Source of the DNA: Obrimoposthia wandeli
Taxonomy: Eukaryota
DNA: 64,000 bases
Direction: 5' to 3'
NCBI GenBank assembly: GCA_977020255.1
Contig: CDROCS010006560.1
Location: forward strand, 1 to 64,000
Part shown: piece after piece, positions 44,009 through 54,951 of the stretch
Numbering within the stretch: position 1 is the stretch's first letter
Layout of the letters: each line of letters begins with the position of its first letter
Notes under the pieces: model-generated
The model's database searches: none
Told to the model about the DNA's origin: nothing
The model's input: the letters and a program-made list of their open reading frames with translations, nothing else
Made by a program: the position numbers and the translations under genes

Positions 44009-44253
44009 TATGCTCTTAGTGGGCTGCCTCAATAGAGACTTACTGTAGAGCCACTGTAAACCTCTACATACAAGGCTACATACAATGCCTACATACAAAC
44101 TAGACAGTCTCCATGTTTGTCTATCGGTCAGTGGGTACATGACCAACACAAGACCCTTACCCAAGACAAAACACCCAGGACTAAACACCAAGGAGGGCAC
44201 TCAGGACTAAACACCAAGGGGGGCAAGGGTGGAGGCATGTTTATGCTTCAAAG

Positions 44254-44293
44254 CGAACAAAACGAACAAAACGAACAAAACGAACAAAACGAA
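44254..44293. repeat. 9-bp tandem repeat (CGAACAAAA x4)
   Basis: Direct reading. Confidence 0.9.
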
Positions 44294-44621
44294 TAAGCAT
44301 AATATGAACAAGCGTTTAGTTACTAGTATTTATACATCAAACTATATAACGCTTAGTTACTCAAATGGAATACAGGGCTACTTGAGTCAACACGCACTCA
44401 AGAGCTACACCTTGCATCGCTGTTTGTCGTGCGCCATATTACCTTTCACGCTACCTTTCACATTACCTTTCGCGCTACCTTAGGGGAATCCCACTTGGCA
44501 CCTTATTGCTCAACCTAGTGTGACCTAGCTTACTGCACGAACATATAACCATACCAACCCTGAGTCAGCTGAGTGTCTTTAGTCTGCTGACCGTATCATG
44601 TAGTCCCTAAATGCTGCATAG

Positions 44622-45887
44622 TCATTGGGAATCTTGATTGAAGCTTTTGCCATCAATAACCTTTTTAATCTGTGTGGGGATATCGGTAATCTTGCTTTGT
44701 GTGGCCATTTCAACAGATGTCTTGAACTTGGTCGCATGGGCCGTCTCAAGGAATACCCCTACCTCACCTACACCATGCTCAGAAAAGTATTCACGCAATG
44801 CAAGATAACCCAATGCGCCATGCGGATCACACAAGTACCCAAAGTCATTGTAAAGCGATGCAATAGCCTTGTATGTTTGAGTGTCGGTATAGCTATACCC
44901 CTTCACGATACGAGCCATGAATTCAAAATTGTCATCAAACATTCTGGCAATACGTTTAAAGCTCAGTGGGTCGCCTATATCCATCGCATTGGAAATGGTT
45001 GCAACTGTGGGTCGAATTTCGTACTCACCCGTGGCAATGTACCTTGGCACCACATCGTTGGAATTACAGGCCACTAGGAATCTGCCTGCAGGCATGCCCA
45101 TTTTATACGCCAACACGCCCCCACACACGTTACCAAAGTTCCCACTAGGCACGCTAAAGGCAATCTTTTTACCTGTGTGGGCTAGGGCCTTATATGCAAA
45201 AGCGTAATACACCTGTTGTGGTATCCAGCGCGCTATATTAATGGAATTTGCAGACACAATTGGACGCCTTTGAATAAGACCTTCATCAACAAATGCACGC
45301 CTAACCAAAGCAGAGCAGTTGTCAAAGTTCCCATCAACCTCCAGCGCTACAACATTACCACCAAGCGAAGTAAGCTGCAACTCCTGAACGGCAGAAACCT
45401 TACCAGAAGGATACAAGAGAACAACGTCTACCCCTTCAACATTATGAAAAGCGTTCGCAATAGCGCCTCCAGTGTCGCCAGATGTGGACACAAGGACCGT
45501 GTACTTGATGCCAGTTTTATTGGCTAAAACCCGCAAGCAGCCCGCAAAAAACAGCGCAGCAAAGTCCTTAAACGCCATGGTCGGACCATGAAAAAGCTCC
45601 AGTGAGAAAATATTGTCAGCTACCTTCACAGTGGGGATGTCAAATACAAGGGTTTTCGCTATAATATCCTCAAGCTCTGACTTTGGTATGTCACCTTCGG
45701 TGAATTGATTGATTAAAGTAAAAGCAATCTCCCGATCACAATACAGATTAATATTGTCAAAAAAGCTGCGATCTACAGCTGGAATCCTCTCAGGAAACAA
45801 CAAGCCGCCATCGGAGGCCAAACCAGAACTTAATCCACCTAAAAAAGATGTCCAGATTCTGTTGTTTTTCAAACTAATGTATTTCAT
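44622..45887 (-). CDS. thrC: Threonine synthase
   Basis: GLASDGGL, LELFHGPTMAFKDF, TSGDTGGA, SANSINIARW, VPSGNFGN and LETAH motifs. Confidence 0.96.
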   Translation of the reverse strand: MKYISLKNNRIWTSFLGGLSSGLASDGGLLFPERIPAVDRSFFDNINLYCDREIAFTLINQFTEGDIPKSELEDIIAKTLVFDIPTVKVADNIFSLELFHGPTMAFKDFAALFFAGCLRVLANKTGIKYTVLVSTSGDTGGAIANAFHNVEGVDVVLLYPSGKVSAVQELQLTSLGGNVVALEVDGNFDNCSALVRRAFVDEGLIQRRPIVSANSINIARWIPQQVYYAFAYKALAHTGKKIAFSVPSGNFGNVCGGVLAYKMGMPAGRFLVACNSNDVVPRYIATGEYEIRPTVATISNAMDIGDPLSFKRIARMFDDNFEFMARIVKGYSYTDTQTYKAIASLYNDFGYLCDPHGALGYLALREYFSEHGVGEVGVFLETAHATKFKTSVEMATQSKITDIPTQIKKVIDGKSFNQDSQ

Positions 45888-46039
45888 AACAAACCCTTAA
45901 AACAAAGCAAGGAGGGCAAAACTAACGAGACTGGCACATATATTTATTAGGCTGGGGTGAGGCTATAGATATTAATGCTATAGAATTCACCACTACAGAC
46001 CCCACTACAAACCCCACTACAGACCCCACTACAAACCTT

Positions 46040-46960
46040 TCAGCCAGACACAACACATCCATGGGAAATCTTAGTAACATGAACAAAGCACCCCAACCCA
46101 ATGTTGCCATATATCCTCTCCACCTCTGCGCGCATGGACTCAACTAAGCTGCCGTTCTCATGCAAGACAAACATGGTCGGACCGGACCCAGATATCCCAA
46201 TTCCTAGCGCCCCAATGCGCTGGGCTGCGCGTCTCACATCATTAAACCCAGGTATCAATTGGGAGCGATAAGGTTCAGCCACACAGTCATGCAAAGACCT
46301 AGCAATCAAACCAAAGTCCTCTTTAAAAAACCCCGCTATTAATCCTGCCAAATTCCCAGATTGCCTCACGTGGTCACTTAGGGTTATCTTATCCTTGAGC
46401 ACACGTCTTGCATACGAAGTCTCAATGCAAACGTTTGGCTTAACGAGCATCACAACCATGCCCTTTGGGTGGTGAATATTAACAATCTCCAGCGGGTCAT
46501 ACCCCCTAACAATATTGCACCCACCAAAGATAGCAGATGCCACATTATCTGCATGCGCGCTGGATGCAACAGCCTCACCTGCCATGGCAAATTGTGTTAA
46601 CTCAAGGGGTGAAAACCTATTGTCGAGGAGCGCGTTAATACCGAATACGGCGCCTGCCGCACTCGAGGCGCTGCTCCCCATGCCACTTCCAGGCGGTGTG
46701 GTTTTATGTATCTCCATCTCAAAGCCATGCTGAATATCAACCTGTGATATAAGAGCCATGGCAGCAACACCTGCCACGTTCTCACCTGCACCCATAGGGA
46801 GGCTTGCACCAGAAATTGTGGTAATTTTTACCCCAGGTTCATCGGCTTTCTTAATATGTAGGGTATCCCCAAGGCCATCAACCGCAAACCCCATCACGTC
46901 AAAGCCACATGACACATTGGCCACAGTCGCAGGGGCAAAAACGGTAACGCTGTTAATCAT
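46040..46960 (-). CDS. thrB: Homoserine kinase (GHMP type)
   Basis: APATVANVSCGFDVMG, PGSGMGSSASS, HADNVA and GISGSGPT motifs. Confidence 0.96.
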   Translation of the reverse strand: MINSVTVFAPATVANVSCGFDVMGFAVDGLGDTLHIKKADEPGVKITTISGASLPMGAGENVAGVAAMALISQVDIQHGFEMEIHKTTPPGSGMGSSASSAAGAVFGINALLDNRFSPLELTQFAMAGEAVASSAHADNVASAIFGGCNIVRGYDPLEIVNIHHPKGMVVMLVKPNVCIETSYARRVLKDKITLSDHVRQSGNLAGLIAGFFKEDFGLIARSLHDCVAEPYRSQLIPGFNDVRRAAQRIGALGIGISGSGPTMFVLHENGSLVESMRAEVERIYGNIGLGCFVHVTKISHGCVVSG

Positions 46961-49029
46961 CTAACTCTCCGCTTGCTGACTTTGACTTACTGACTTTGAG
47001 TATATCGGCAAAGACCCCTGAGGCCGTCACATCCGCACCAGCGCCCGCACCCTTTAATAATCAGCGGCTGCTCTTTATAGCGGTTGGTATAAAACATGAC
47101 TATATTATCCTTCCCTTCAATGTTGTAAAAATGATGCTCTGGACCCACCTCCTCAAGCTTGACTCGCGCCTTGCCATCCTTAAAAGAGGCTATATGCTTG
47201 AGCTTGCACCCCTTGTGAGACGCAGATGACAATAACCCTTGAAAATGGCTATCCTCTTGATTTAATATCTCCAAAAACTCATCAATTGAACCTGAAGACA
47301 TGGCCTTTTCAGGTAAGAATCCATGATTAACGATATCATCCAACTCCATCTCAACACCCGATTCACGCGCCAAAATCAGGATTTTACGCATTACATCAAC
47401 GCAGCTCAGGTCAATACGCGGATCAGGTTCTGTATATTTCTTCCTTCCATGGCACGTTTAACAACATCAATAAACGAGTCCCAGAAACAAAATTATTAAA
47501 GATAAAATTGAGACTCCCAGACAGCACGGCCTGAATCTCAATAATAGAATCACCCGATGCAATCAGGTCAGACAAGGTGCTAATTATAGGGAGGCCAGCG
47601 CCTACATTGGTTTCAAATAAAAAACTGACATCACGCTCCTTAGCGATGTTCTTGAGCTCATTATACACCGCAAACTCTGATGAGCATGTTATCTTATTGC
47701 ATGCCACAATTGAAATGCCACCTTTAAGAAACTCTATGTACTGAGCTGCAACCTCATGGCTTGCTGTGTTGTCCACCATGACACTGTTAGGCATATTCAA
47801 GCTCTTAACCTTATCCAAAAAGCCCCTTAAGTTCGCATTACCCCCGCTTGCAATCACATCATCCAAATTATTGATATTGATGCCAGCCTTGCGTGCAAAT
47901 GCCATTTTCGAAGTGTTCATAACACCCATAATACGAATATTTAAATTATGGGATTCAGCAAACGCTCAGACTGTGCGCTAATCTGCTCAATAAGCTTGCG
48001 ACCCACGTTCCCAATACCAATCACAAACAAATTCACCTGCCTCTCGGGGGCCTCAAAGCATGGCTCAACCCCTAAGCTGCAAGCCGTAACATCACGCACA
48101 ATGACAGCACCCAAAGAGCTGATATCAAAGATATTCTTGATGTTAATTCTAATATCTTTGGACTCTAAAAGCTGAATCGTACAACGTTTAATGAGCAACG
48201 TATCGATGTTTGAAAGCTTCATAGCTTCTGTGTACGACATTTCCTTAATCGGGGTTGCCTTAGGGGTTGCCTTAGGGGTTGCCTTAGGGGCTAAGTTAGG
48301 GTCGGCATTATATACCACATCGATATCACTCCAGATATCAAAGGAGTCCGCGTTCAGGATGTTTCCAATCACTGCCCCAACGTAATCAGCACACCCTATT
48401 CTGTCTGGCACCCTTGAGGATGCATCTGGGGATATATTTAGGGATATAGAATTCTCGTAATTGAGCCCTGGAACAGATCCAGTTATAATCAATACACTCT
48501 TAGTAGCTTGAAGCTGGATATTGATATTTGATGCTGTAAGGTCGAAGTCAACCTGGGACGTTAAAGAGTCAATTGCAACAATGTCGCTAGCATCCTTGAA
48601 TAGAGCCTCAACGCCTTGACAGCGCAAAACCTCAATCATAATACTTGCACAAATTCGCTCACTGTCAGCAAAGGCACAATCATATACACCTAGAGGTGTC
48701 TCCTGTATGGTGTATAAAGCCTCTGCAAGCGACTCCAGTTTATTAATTGCCTCTTGCAGTATACACAACAGATGCTGCTGTTTATCGTGTGGCAAAAGCG
48801 CCAAAATTAGTTCGGTATAATATAATTGTAGCTTCTGAATATTCTCCTTATACAGTAGCTTCTCTCTCTTGCTGGCTTGCTCACCAATATTCAACACCGC
48901 ATCCAACGTGTCACCAAATGCAGACATCATAACCACAACGCCAGCGCTGGCGGATTTTACAACACTAGCTGCATTCAATATAGCATCTGTTGACTTTAAG
49001 GCCGTCTCTCGAAATCTTAATACCCTCAT
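46953..49029 (-). CDS. thrA: Aspartokinase/homoserine dehydrogenase fusion with a degenerate AK domain and no ACT domains (3 frameshifts)
   Basis: HSDH motifs GIGNVG, VDNTAS, ACNK, FETNVGAGLP, LSGSLNFIF, RKILILARE and GAGAGADVTASGVFAD. The AK domain is recognisable but altered. The stop overlaps the thrB start (ATGATTAA). Confidence 0.9.
48251..48290. repeat. 12-bp in-frame tandem repeat (KATP x3) inside thrA
   Basis: GGGGTTGCCTTA x3. Confidence 0.9.
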
Positions 49030-49498
49030 TTATATATCTATCATTACAACCTTACTCACGCAAATGGAGACGGAGATGGGCTACAACCGTCCAAATATTC
49101 ATCCAGACATTCGCAAAAATATTCGCAAAAATATTCGCACAAAAGCAGCAAAGTATTATTTAAATCCAAACAATTTATCCAAACAATTTATTGTATTGTA
49201 CTACAAAGGCGTCTATCATTGTAGTAGTTTACACCAACCATAACCAAACAGCTCCATTGTGTTGTGGACGCTGGACAGATATCGCTCAATGCATAAAATA
49301 ATAAAATAATATAACAATAAACAATGACAGGCTGGCATTGAGTCTGGCGTTGAGGCTAGCGTTGAGTGTTAATGTCCTGTGTATGCCCCCCATAGGCTTG
49401 CTAGTCTGTGTTTATATCTTGGTGATGGGTTTAATTTACACAAATTAACAACAATAAACCATAATCAACAATATACTAAGCTGTGGTGCACAAAGTTG

Positions 49499-50326
49499 AT
49501 GAAAGTAAAAATATATACAATCTCTGACTCAACTGGAGAAACGGTAAAACAGCTCTGTATAGCAACCCTTGCTGGTATGGGTATGACTTACGACATCTCA
49601 ACCCTCACAATTAAGGCGGATGATGCGCTGGATTTACGTAGTTATATTTCGGAAATCAGGAAAAATCCAGGGCCTATATTCATATCAATTGCAGACCCTG
49701 CACTCGAACAAAAAATCACGACACACCTCGAAACCATAGGGCTACCTGTAGTGGCAATATTAAACGAACCAAGGAACACAATATTAAATTACTACAACAT
49801 AGCACAGCAATCAATCACATATAGGGCATCTGCGCAACATAGCACAGGCACTTGCTACTATAACAGGCGAATAGCCGCAATTGAGTACACAATCTCAGTG
49901 GACGATGGTGTGAACATGGGTAAGCTACCAGAAGCCAACATTATAATAATTGGCCCTTCTCGCTCATCTAAGACCCCCGTTTCAATATACACCGCAAATC
50001 ATGGATATAAAACAGCCAATGTGCCTATATTCTATGGCATGCCAGAATCGATTATCAATACAATCCAACAGCAAAGGTGCGTTATAGGATTCATCATCAA
50101 CAAGAAAGAGCTCCACGCCATCAGGGCGGGAAGGATAGGTCATACAAGCCATGACAACCAATACACAGACATGAGCATTATTCAATATGAATTAAACAAG
50201 GTGCAATCCCTATGTAAAAAGAACATGTGGCCGATTGTGGATGTAACGCGAAAATCAATTGAAGAAACATCTGCTGAGATAATCAAAATATATGAAGCCA
50301 CAGTTACGGAAAAAGAGGACAGCTAA
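49499..50326 (+). CDS. ppsR: PPDK/PEP-synthase regulatory kinase-phosphorylase (DUF299)
   Basis: ISDSTGET, YYNRRIAAIEYT..DDG, GPSRSSKTP.S.Y.AN.G.KTANVP and VDVTRKSIEET motifs. Confidence 0.92.
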   Translation: MKVKIYTISDSTGETVKQLCIATLAGMGMTYDISTLTIKADDALDLRSYISEIRKNPGPIFISIADPALEQKITTHLETIGLPVVAILNEPRNTILNYYNIAQQSITYRASAQHSTGTCYYNRRIAAIEYTISVDDGVNMGKLPEANIIIIGPSRSSKTPVSIYTANHGYKTANVPIFYGMPESIINTIQQQRCVIGFIINKKELHAIRAGRIGHTSHDNQYTDMSIIQYELNKVQSLCKKNMWPIVDVTRKSIEETSAEIIKIYEATVTEKEDS

Positions 50327-50339
50327 AGAGGGCAACAGA

Positions 50340-50375
50340 CCCTCACAATGCCCTCACAATGCCCTCACAATGCCC
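50340..50375. repeat. 11-bp tandem repeat (CCCTCACAATG x3) just after the ppsR stop
   Basis: Direct reading. Confidence 0.88.
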
Positions 50376-50545
50376 CAAGCCCCTTGAACGGCCCCTTAGG
50401 ATGTCTTAAATTAATTGAGGAATAATTTAACGGACCAGCTCTGTGCATGATTACTGTGCGGTGACAGGTTATTTCATGTAAACTTAATAGATAGTTAGTG
50501 AGATAGTTAGTGTAGTTTTTAATAATTTTGGTAATTTAAAGCATT

Positions 50546-51079
50546 ATGAGTATAACAAGCCCTATAACAGACGCAATTCAAACACAGCAGGCAATAGCAA
50601 TGTGGATGATAGACAACACAAGTTTAACCTTTAAACAGATAGCAACCTTTTGTTCTTTGCATGAAATCACTATACGCGCAATTGCAGACCTTGAAATCAA
50701 CACAACGAAAATAGATCCAGTAGTAAACGACCTCGTCACTCAAGAAGAGATTACCAGGTGCCAAAATGACCCAGATGTCATGCTGCAACCCAGTAGAGTG
50801 GTACACCTACCATCAAAAAGAAAGCACGCATCGGCCAAAGACAGGCACAACAAGCCAAATGCAATAGCGTGGATAATCAAACAACACCCACATATCGATG
50901 ATACGAGCATTGCAAAGCTGTTAAAAACGACACAGGTCAATGTGCACTCCATCAGGAACAAAACCCACAGAAACTACAGCGAAATTGTGCCAGTTGACCC
51001 ATGCGAAATCGGTATCACCACAGAGGAAGATTTGATGAAGATGGTACACAAATGCGGCGGCATCTTTAATGAAGGGTAA
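50546..51079 (+). CDS. DUF1013 alphaproteobacterial conserved protein (TrcR-like)
   Basis: AMWMIDNTSLTFKQIATFCSLH, DPV...VTQEEI.RC, KPNAIAWI and IRNKTH.N...I.P.DP motifs. Confidence 0.88.
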   Translation: MSITSPITDAIQTQQAIAMWMIDNTSLTFKQIATFCSLHEITIRAIADLEINTTKIDPVVNDLVTQEEITRCQNDPDVMLQPSRVVHLPSKRKHASAKDRHNKPNAIAWIIKQHPHIDDTSIAKLLKTTQVNVHSIRNKTHRNYSEIVPVDPCEIGITTEEDLMKMVHKCGGIFNEG

Positions 51080-52391
51080 GCTTAATCAAGGGCAAGCTTA
51101 ATGAAGGGTGAACTAATGAAAGGTAAACCCACCTATGCATTATTCCAGCACCCAGCAACTTCAATTGACCTCAGCGCTATCCCAAACACTAACCCAAACA
51201 CTAACCCAAAGGGCTATCCCAACACTATAATTTAGCGCACCCTTGGCGGTAAAACCTTGGGCGGTAACCTAAAAGCCACACCTGTAAAGCGATTTTTATT
51301 TTTTTTTATTTTATTTTTTTTTCAGTAACTCGATTTAAAAGTTCTTGCTCACAACAAAAATAAAAACCTTTTTCAGAGGGTTGGCAGAATTTTCTGGCCT
51401 TGCTTCTCGTTTTGAAACTTGGTAGGTTGCCTTCCCGCTCCTTTTTTCTTGCGGTAAAAAGCGTGTTGGGAATTTTCCTTTTGACTTTGAATTTCAAGAG
51501 TTTTAGGAAATTCTCTATTCTCTCCTCTCTGCTCTTTGTTTCTTTCCACCCACTTGGTAGTTTAGGGCGGCTCTATAGCGCTCATGATCGCACGTGGAAG
51601 CCTCTGCCCCCCTTGCGTGGAAAAAATTTACCTGCCTTCTTTTGGCTTTAAAATCGATAGCGTTCTTCTTTGAATCTTTGAGCCTGATTTCACCCTAATT
51701 TCTGAACATTTGAGAAGAAAAACAAGGTTGGATTTTAGACCTTGAGTTCAGCATTGAAAATTCAAGATTTGAACTTTCCCCCTTCAACCAAACTTGGCAG
51801 GATAGGTGAAAAGGGTTCCTTTTTAAAAATCAGCTTGAATTCGCTGTTTTCGACTTTTTTCCACTGTTAAAAAATAAGCTTCATCCCTTTTGTCAAAAGG
51901 GGGTATCCTGCCTCTCGTAAAAGTGGTTAAAAATTTTTGTAAAAGTTGAGATTGTATTTTGGAGAAATTTGCTTTTCAACATAAGGAAAATATGCTCATT
52001 CACATGATAAACTCTCAAATTGTATGTGGGCAGCATATTTGTCGACCTTGAGTCGTCTAGCGTGTCGACCTTGAGTCGTCTCGCGCCTCTGTAAATTTCT
52101 AGTTACATGACGTTTTATAGCGTTAGTTTAGCTTGAGATATACCTACTGATGATTGGAAAATCCAGACTAGAAAGATTCTTTTTTCCTGATAGTTTATGG
52201 ATTCTCCGTCCTTCCAAGTCAGATATAATATATCACGTTGCATAAATGCTTCAAAATAGTTAACACGGCAGGCCGCACCACAGATTGCATCATACCTTCG
52301 CTGCTCAACGTGAAGGAGCTGCATATCCATCCAACAGACAATTGAATCTATTGATATGTAACATCATATAAATAAATTACGGGAAAATCGC

Positions 52392-52420
52392 TTGACTTAC
52401 CAATCTCCCAGCATTAATAT
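52392..52420 (+). promoter_or_regulatory. sigma70-type promoter of the cassette (also at 54290-54318 and 56193-56221)
   Basis: TTGACT-17-TAATAT, identical in all 3 copies. It is preceded by the inverted repeat ATATG-N6-CATAT; RBS AAAGGAG in copy 3. Confidence 0.65.
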
Positions 52421-52531
52421 AGTTGATAAGTGAAACTATGTACCAAGTGGGTTTTAAATTTGGGTTTTAAGTTGATTTTTTTAATTAATTATAATATCTT
52501 AAAGGTATAGCAGGCTAAAAGGAATAATTTT

Positions 52532-53004
52532 ATAGGAAAATTAAACAAATTATTAATGAGATTAATGTTGTGTACGTTTGCAGTGTCTTCACTATCGTTT
52601 GTCAATGCAGAAACAACAAAAGGAACAACTCACTCAAGTAACGTGGACGCGTTCTTGGCGAGTTCTTATGTCATGAACGATGAGGAGCTTAGCGAATTTG
52701 AAGGCGAGGACACACAGACAGAGATTATAGTGGTAGCACTCGCAACAGCCGCAAGACAGATTCCGCCTGTTAGGATCGCGGTTGCGGCTGATCGAGTCTA
52801 TAATGCCGCTAGTGAGGCTTGCGGATCATACAGAAGATCAAAGAGAGGCTGGCAACGGGTGTGTGGAAATCTACTGTTGAAGCTACGAGAGCGTTGGACG
52901 ATGACTCTGCGGAAGTCCTGGCCCTGGGGGCTGCTGGAGGAGCTGGGGGGAGAAAACTGAATAAAGGGATGGAAGAAGACACTACGAACCACGCGAAGAG
53001 CTAA
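52532..53004 (+). pseudogene. Secreted bacteriocin-like precursor, copy 1 (first ATG altered to ATA; frameshift near 52830)
   Basis: Paralog of 54450..54917. Confidence 0.55.
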
Positions 53005-53044
53005 AAAGCCAAGGTGCTAGCTACAAGTTTATTGCTTAGTTATA

Positions 53045-53566
53045 ATGAAAAAAGAACTAGAGCTTTTGTATAGAAAAAACAAGATAATAGAAATGAAAGT
53101 TCGAACAATAATTTCGGGGCTAGCAGCCAAACTTACAGTATTTAAAAGGTATTTCATTGCCCACAATGACGTTTTTATTGTATATTTTTATAAACGCTGT
53201 ACTTAAGACCTTCTTGCAAGGCGCCCTTAGCATACAAGATACTAGCATGCGTGAAGCTGGCGTCTGGCTTGTCCTCGGAGAAGCGTCCTCGTGCTTGGCC
53301 TCCGGCTTTGCGCCTCGGCACTTGTTGCTGTTATCGTACTCGTAAATCAACTCCGGCCTGGTTTTATCCAGTGGTAGTACGTATATTAAAAGGCATATGT
53401 AAAATGATCACAGCATGTTTTTTATCCTTCGCGCTTCTAGCCTGCGCTGCCTCGTTGTACGATCTTGTTAGGTATGGCATATTCAGCGGATTTATTGCGC
53501 GAGCACCTTTGTGGCTTGTATTGTCTTAGTATTGGTGTAATAGGTGTAATAATTTTTGATGAATAA
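53045..53566 (+). pseudogene. Multi-TM partner protein, copy 1 (frameshifts; TGG to TAG at 53527)
   Basis: Paralog of 56847..57368. Confidence 0.55.
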
Positions 53567-53821
53567 GTTGATTGGTCGGTAGCAACTTTTTGTGATGCTA
53601 GTCTGCTGACACGCATACGATCCACATAAAATCAATTTAACGAATTTCAAGCCTTGTTCGATGTACTTGTAGGTAATTCACAAATCTCTTTTGTAGCAAT
53701 TTCGGATCATGAACAGCAACACTATAGTCGATCGTCCTACAGCAAAGGATTTTTCTGAACAGTTAGTGTTGACGCTCTCCGATCTGAAGCATCAATAGTG
53801 CAACATAGGTGGGGGTATATA

Positions 53822-53848
53822 TAACATATGGCTGTCTGCCATATGTTA
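53822..53848. other. Perfect 11-bp inverted repeat TAACATATGGC-TGTCT-GCCATATGTTA (8-bp core conserved in copies 2 and 3)
   Basis: Direct reading. It lies near the end of each unit; terminator or element-end role unknown. Confidence 0.6.
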
Positions 53849-54449
53849 CACTGCTGATTTCACCATATTTCAGGCCGGAGATGGCTTTAAGTCATTCACG
53901 CGATAGACTTACCTTATGTATGTGGGCAGCATATTTGTAAATCGACCTTGAATCCGTTACAGGACTTCCTTGAGTCGTCTCGCGCCTCTGTAAATTTCTA
54001 GTTACATGACGTTTTATAGCGATTGGTTTAAGCGAGATATACCTACTGTAGATTGGAAAATCCAAGCCAGGAAGATTTTTTTTTCTGATAGTTTATGGAT
54101 TTTCCGTCCTTCAGGTCGAATTATAATATATCACGTTGCATAAATGCTTCAAAATAGTTAACACGGCAGGCCGCACCACAGATTGCATCATACCTTCGCT
54201 GCTCAACGTGAAGGAACTGCATATCCATCCAACAGACAATTGAATCTATTGATATGTAACATCATATAAATAAATTAGGAAAAAATCGCTTGACTTACCA
54301 ATCTCCCAGCATTAATATAGTTAATGGGTGAAACTATGTACCAAATTGGGTTTAAATTTTGGGTTTAAAGTTGATTTTTATTAATTATAACTATCCTTAA
54401 AGGTACTATCTTAAAAGGTAATATAGCAGGCTAAAAGAGAGTAATACTT

Positions 54450-54917
54450 ATGAGAAAATTAAACAAATTATTAATGGGTTTAATGTTGTGTACATTCGCA
54501 GTGTTTTCACTATCGTTTGTCAATGCAGAAACAACAAAAGGAGCTACTCACTCAAGTAACCTAGACGAGTTCTTGGCAAGCTCTTATGTCATGAATGATA
54601 CAGAGCTTGGTGCATTTGAAGGCGAGGGCGGCGGTAAAGAAGCTGCATTGGCAGCCTTAGCAGCCGCAAGACAAATTCCGCCTGTTAGGATCGCGGTTGC
54701 GGCTGATCGAGTCTATAATGCCGCTAGTGAGGCTTGCGGATCATACAGAAGATCAAGAGAGGCTGGCAACAGTGTGTGGAAATCTACTGTTGAAGCTACG
54801 AAAGGCGTTGGACGTGGTCTCGCGAGTCCTGGCCCTGGGGAGAGACTGCTGGAGAGACTGGGGGAGAAACTGAATAAAGGGATGGAAGAAGACACTACGA
54901 ACCACGCGAAGAGCTAA
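54450..54917 (+). CDS. Secreted bacteriocin/toxin-like precursor, copy 2 (intact, 155 aa)
   Basis: Sec-type signal MRKLNKLLMGLMLCTFAVFSLSFVNA, pro-region ending MNDTELGAFEGE, then an Ala/Gly-rich amphipathic core. Confidence 0.7.
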   Translation: MRKLNKLLMGLMLCTFAVFSLSFVNAETTKGATHSSNLDEFLASSYVMNDTELGAFEGEGGGKEAALAALAAARQIPPVRIAVAADRVYNAASEACGSYRRSREAGNSVWKSTVEATKGVGRGLASPGPGERLLERLGEKLNKGMEEDTTNHAKS

Positions 54918-54951
54918 AAAGCCAAGGTGCTAGCTAAAGTTTGTAGTTATA

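Noticed and set aside
20135-44293. CRISPR arrays
   Set aside because: All short repeats are head-to-tail with no unique spacers, and no cas genes are present.
49030-49498. oriC upstream of ppsR/DUF299 (Caulobacter-like position)
   Set aside because: Only one near-match DnaA box (TTATCCAAA at about 49175), TTAA pairs spaced 10 rather than 7 nt, no hemE, and no visible skew switch.
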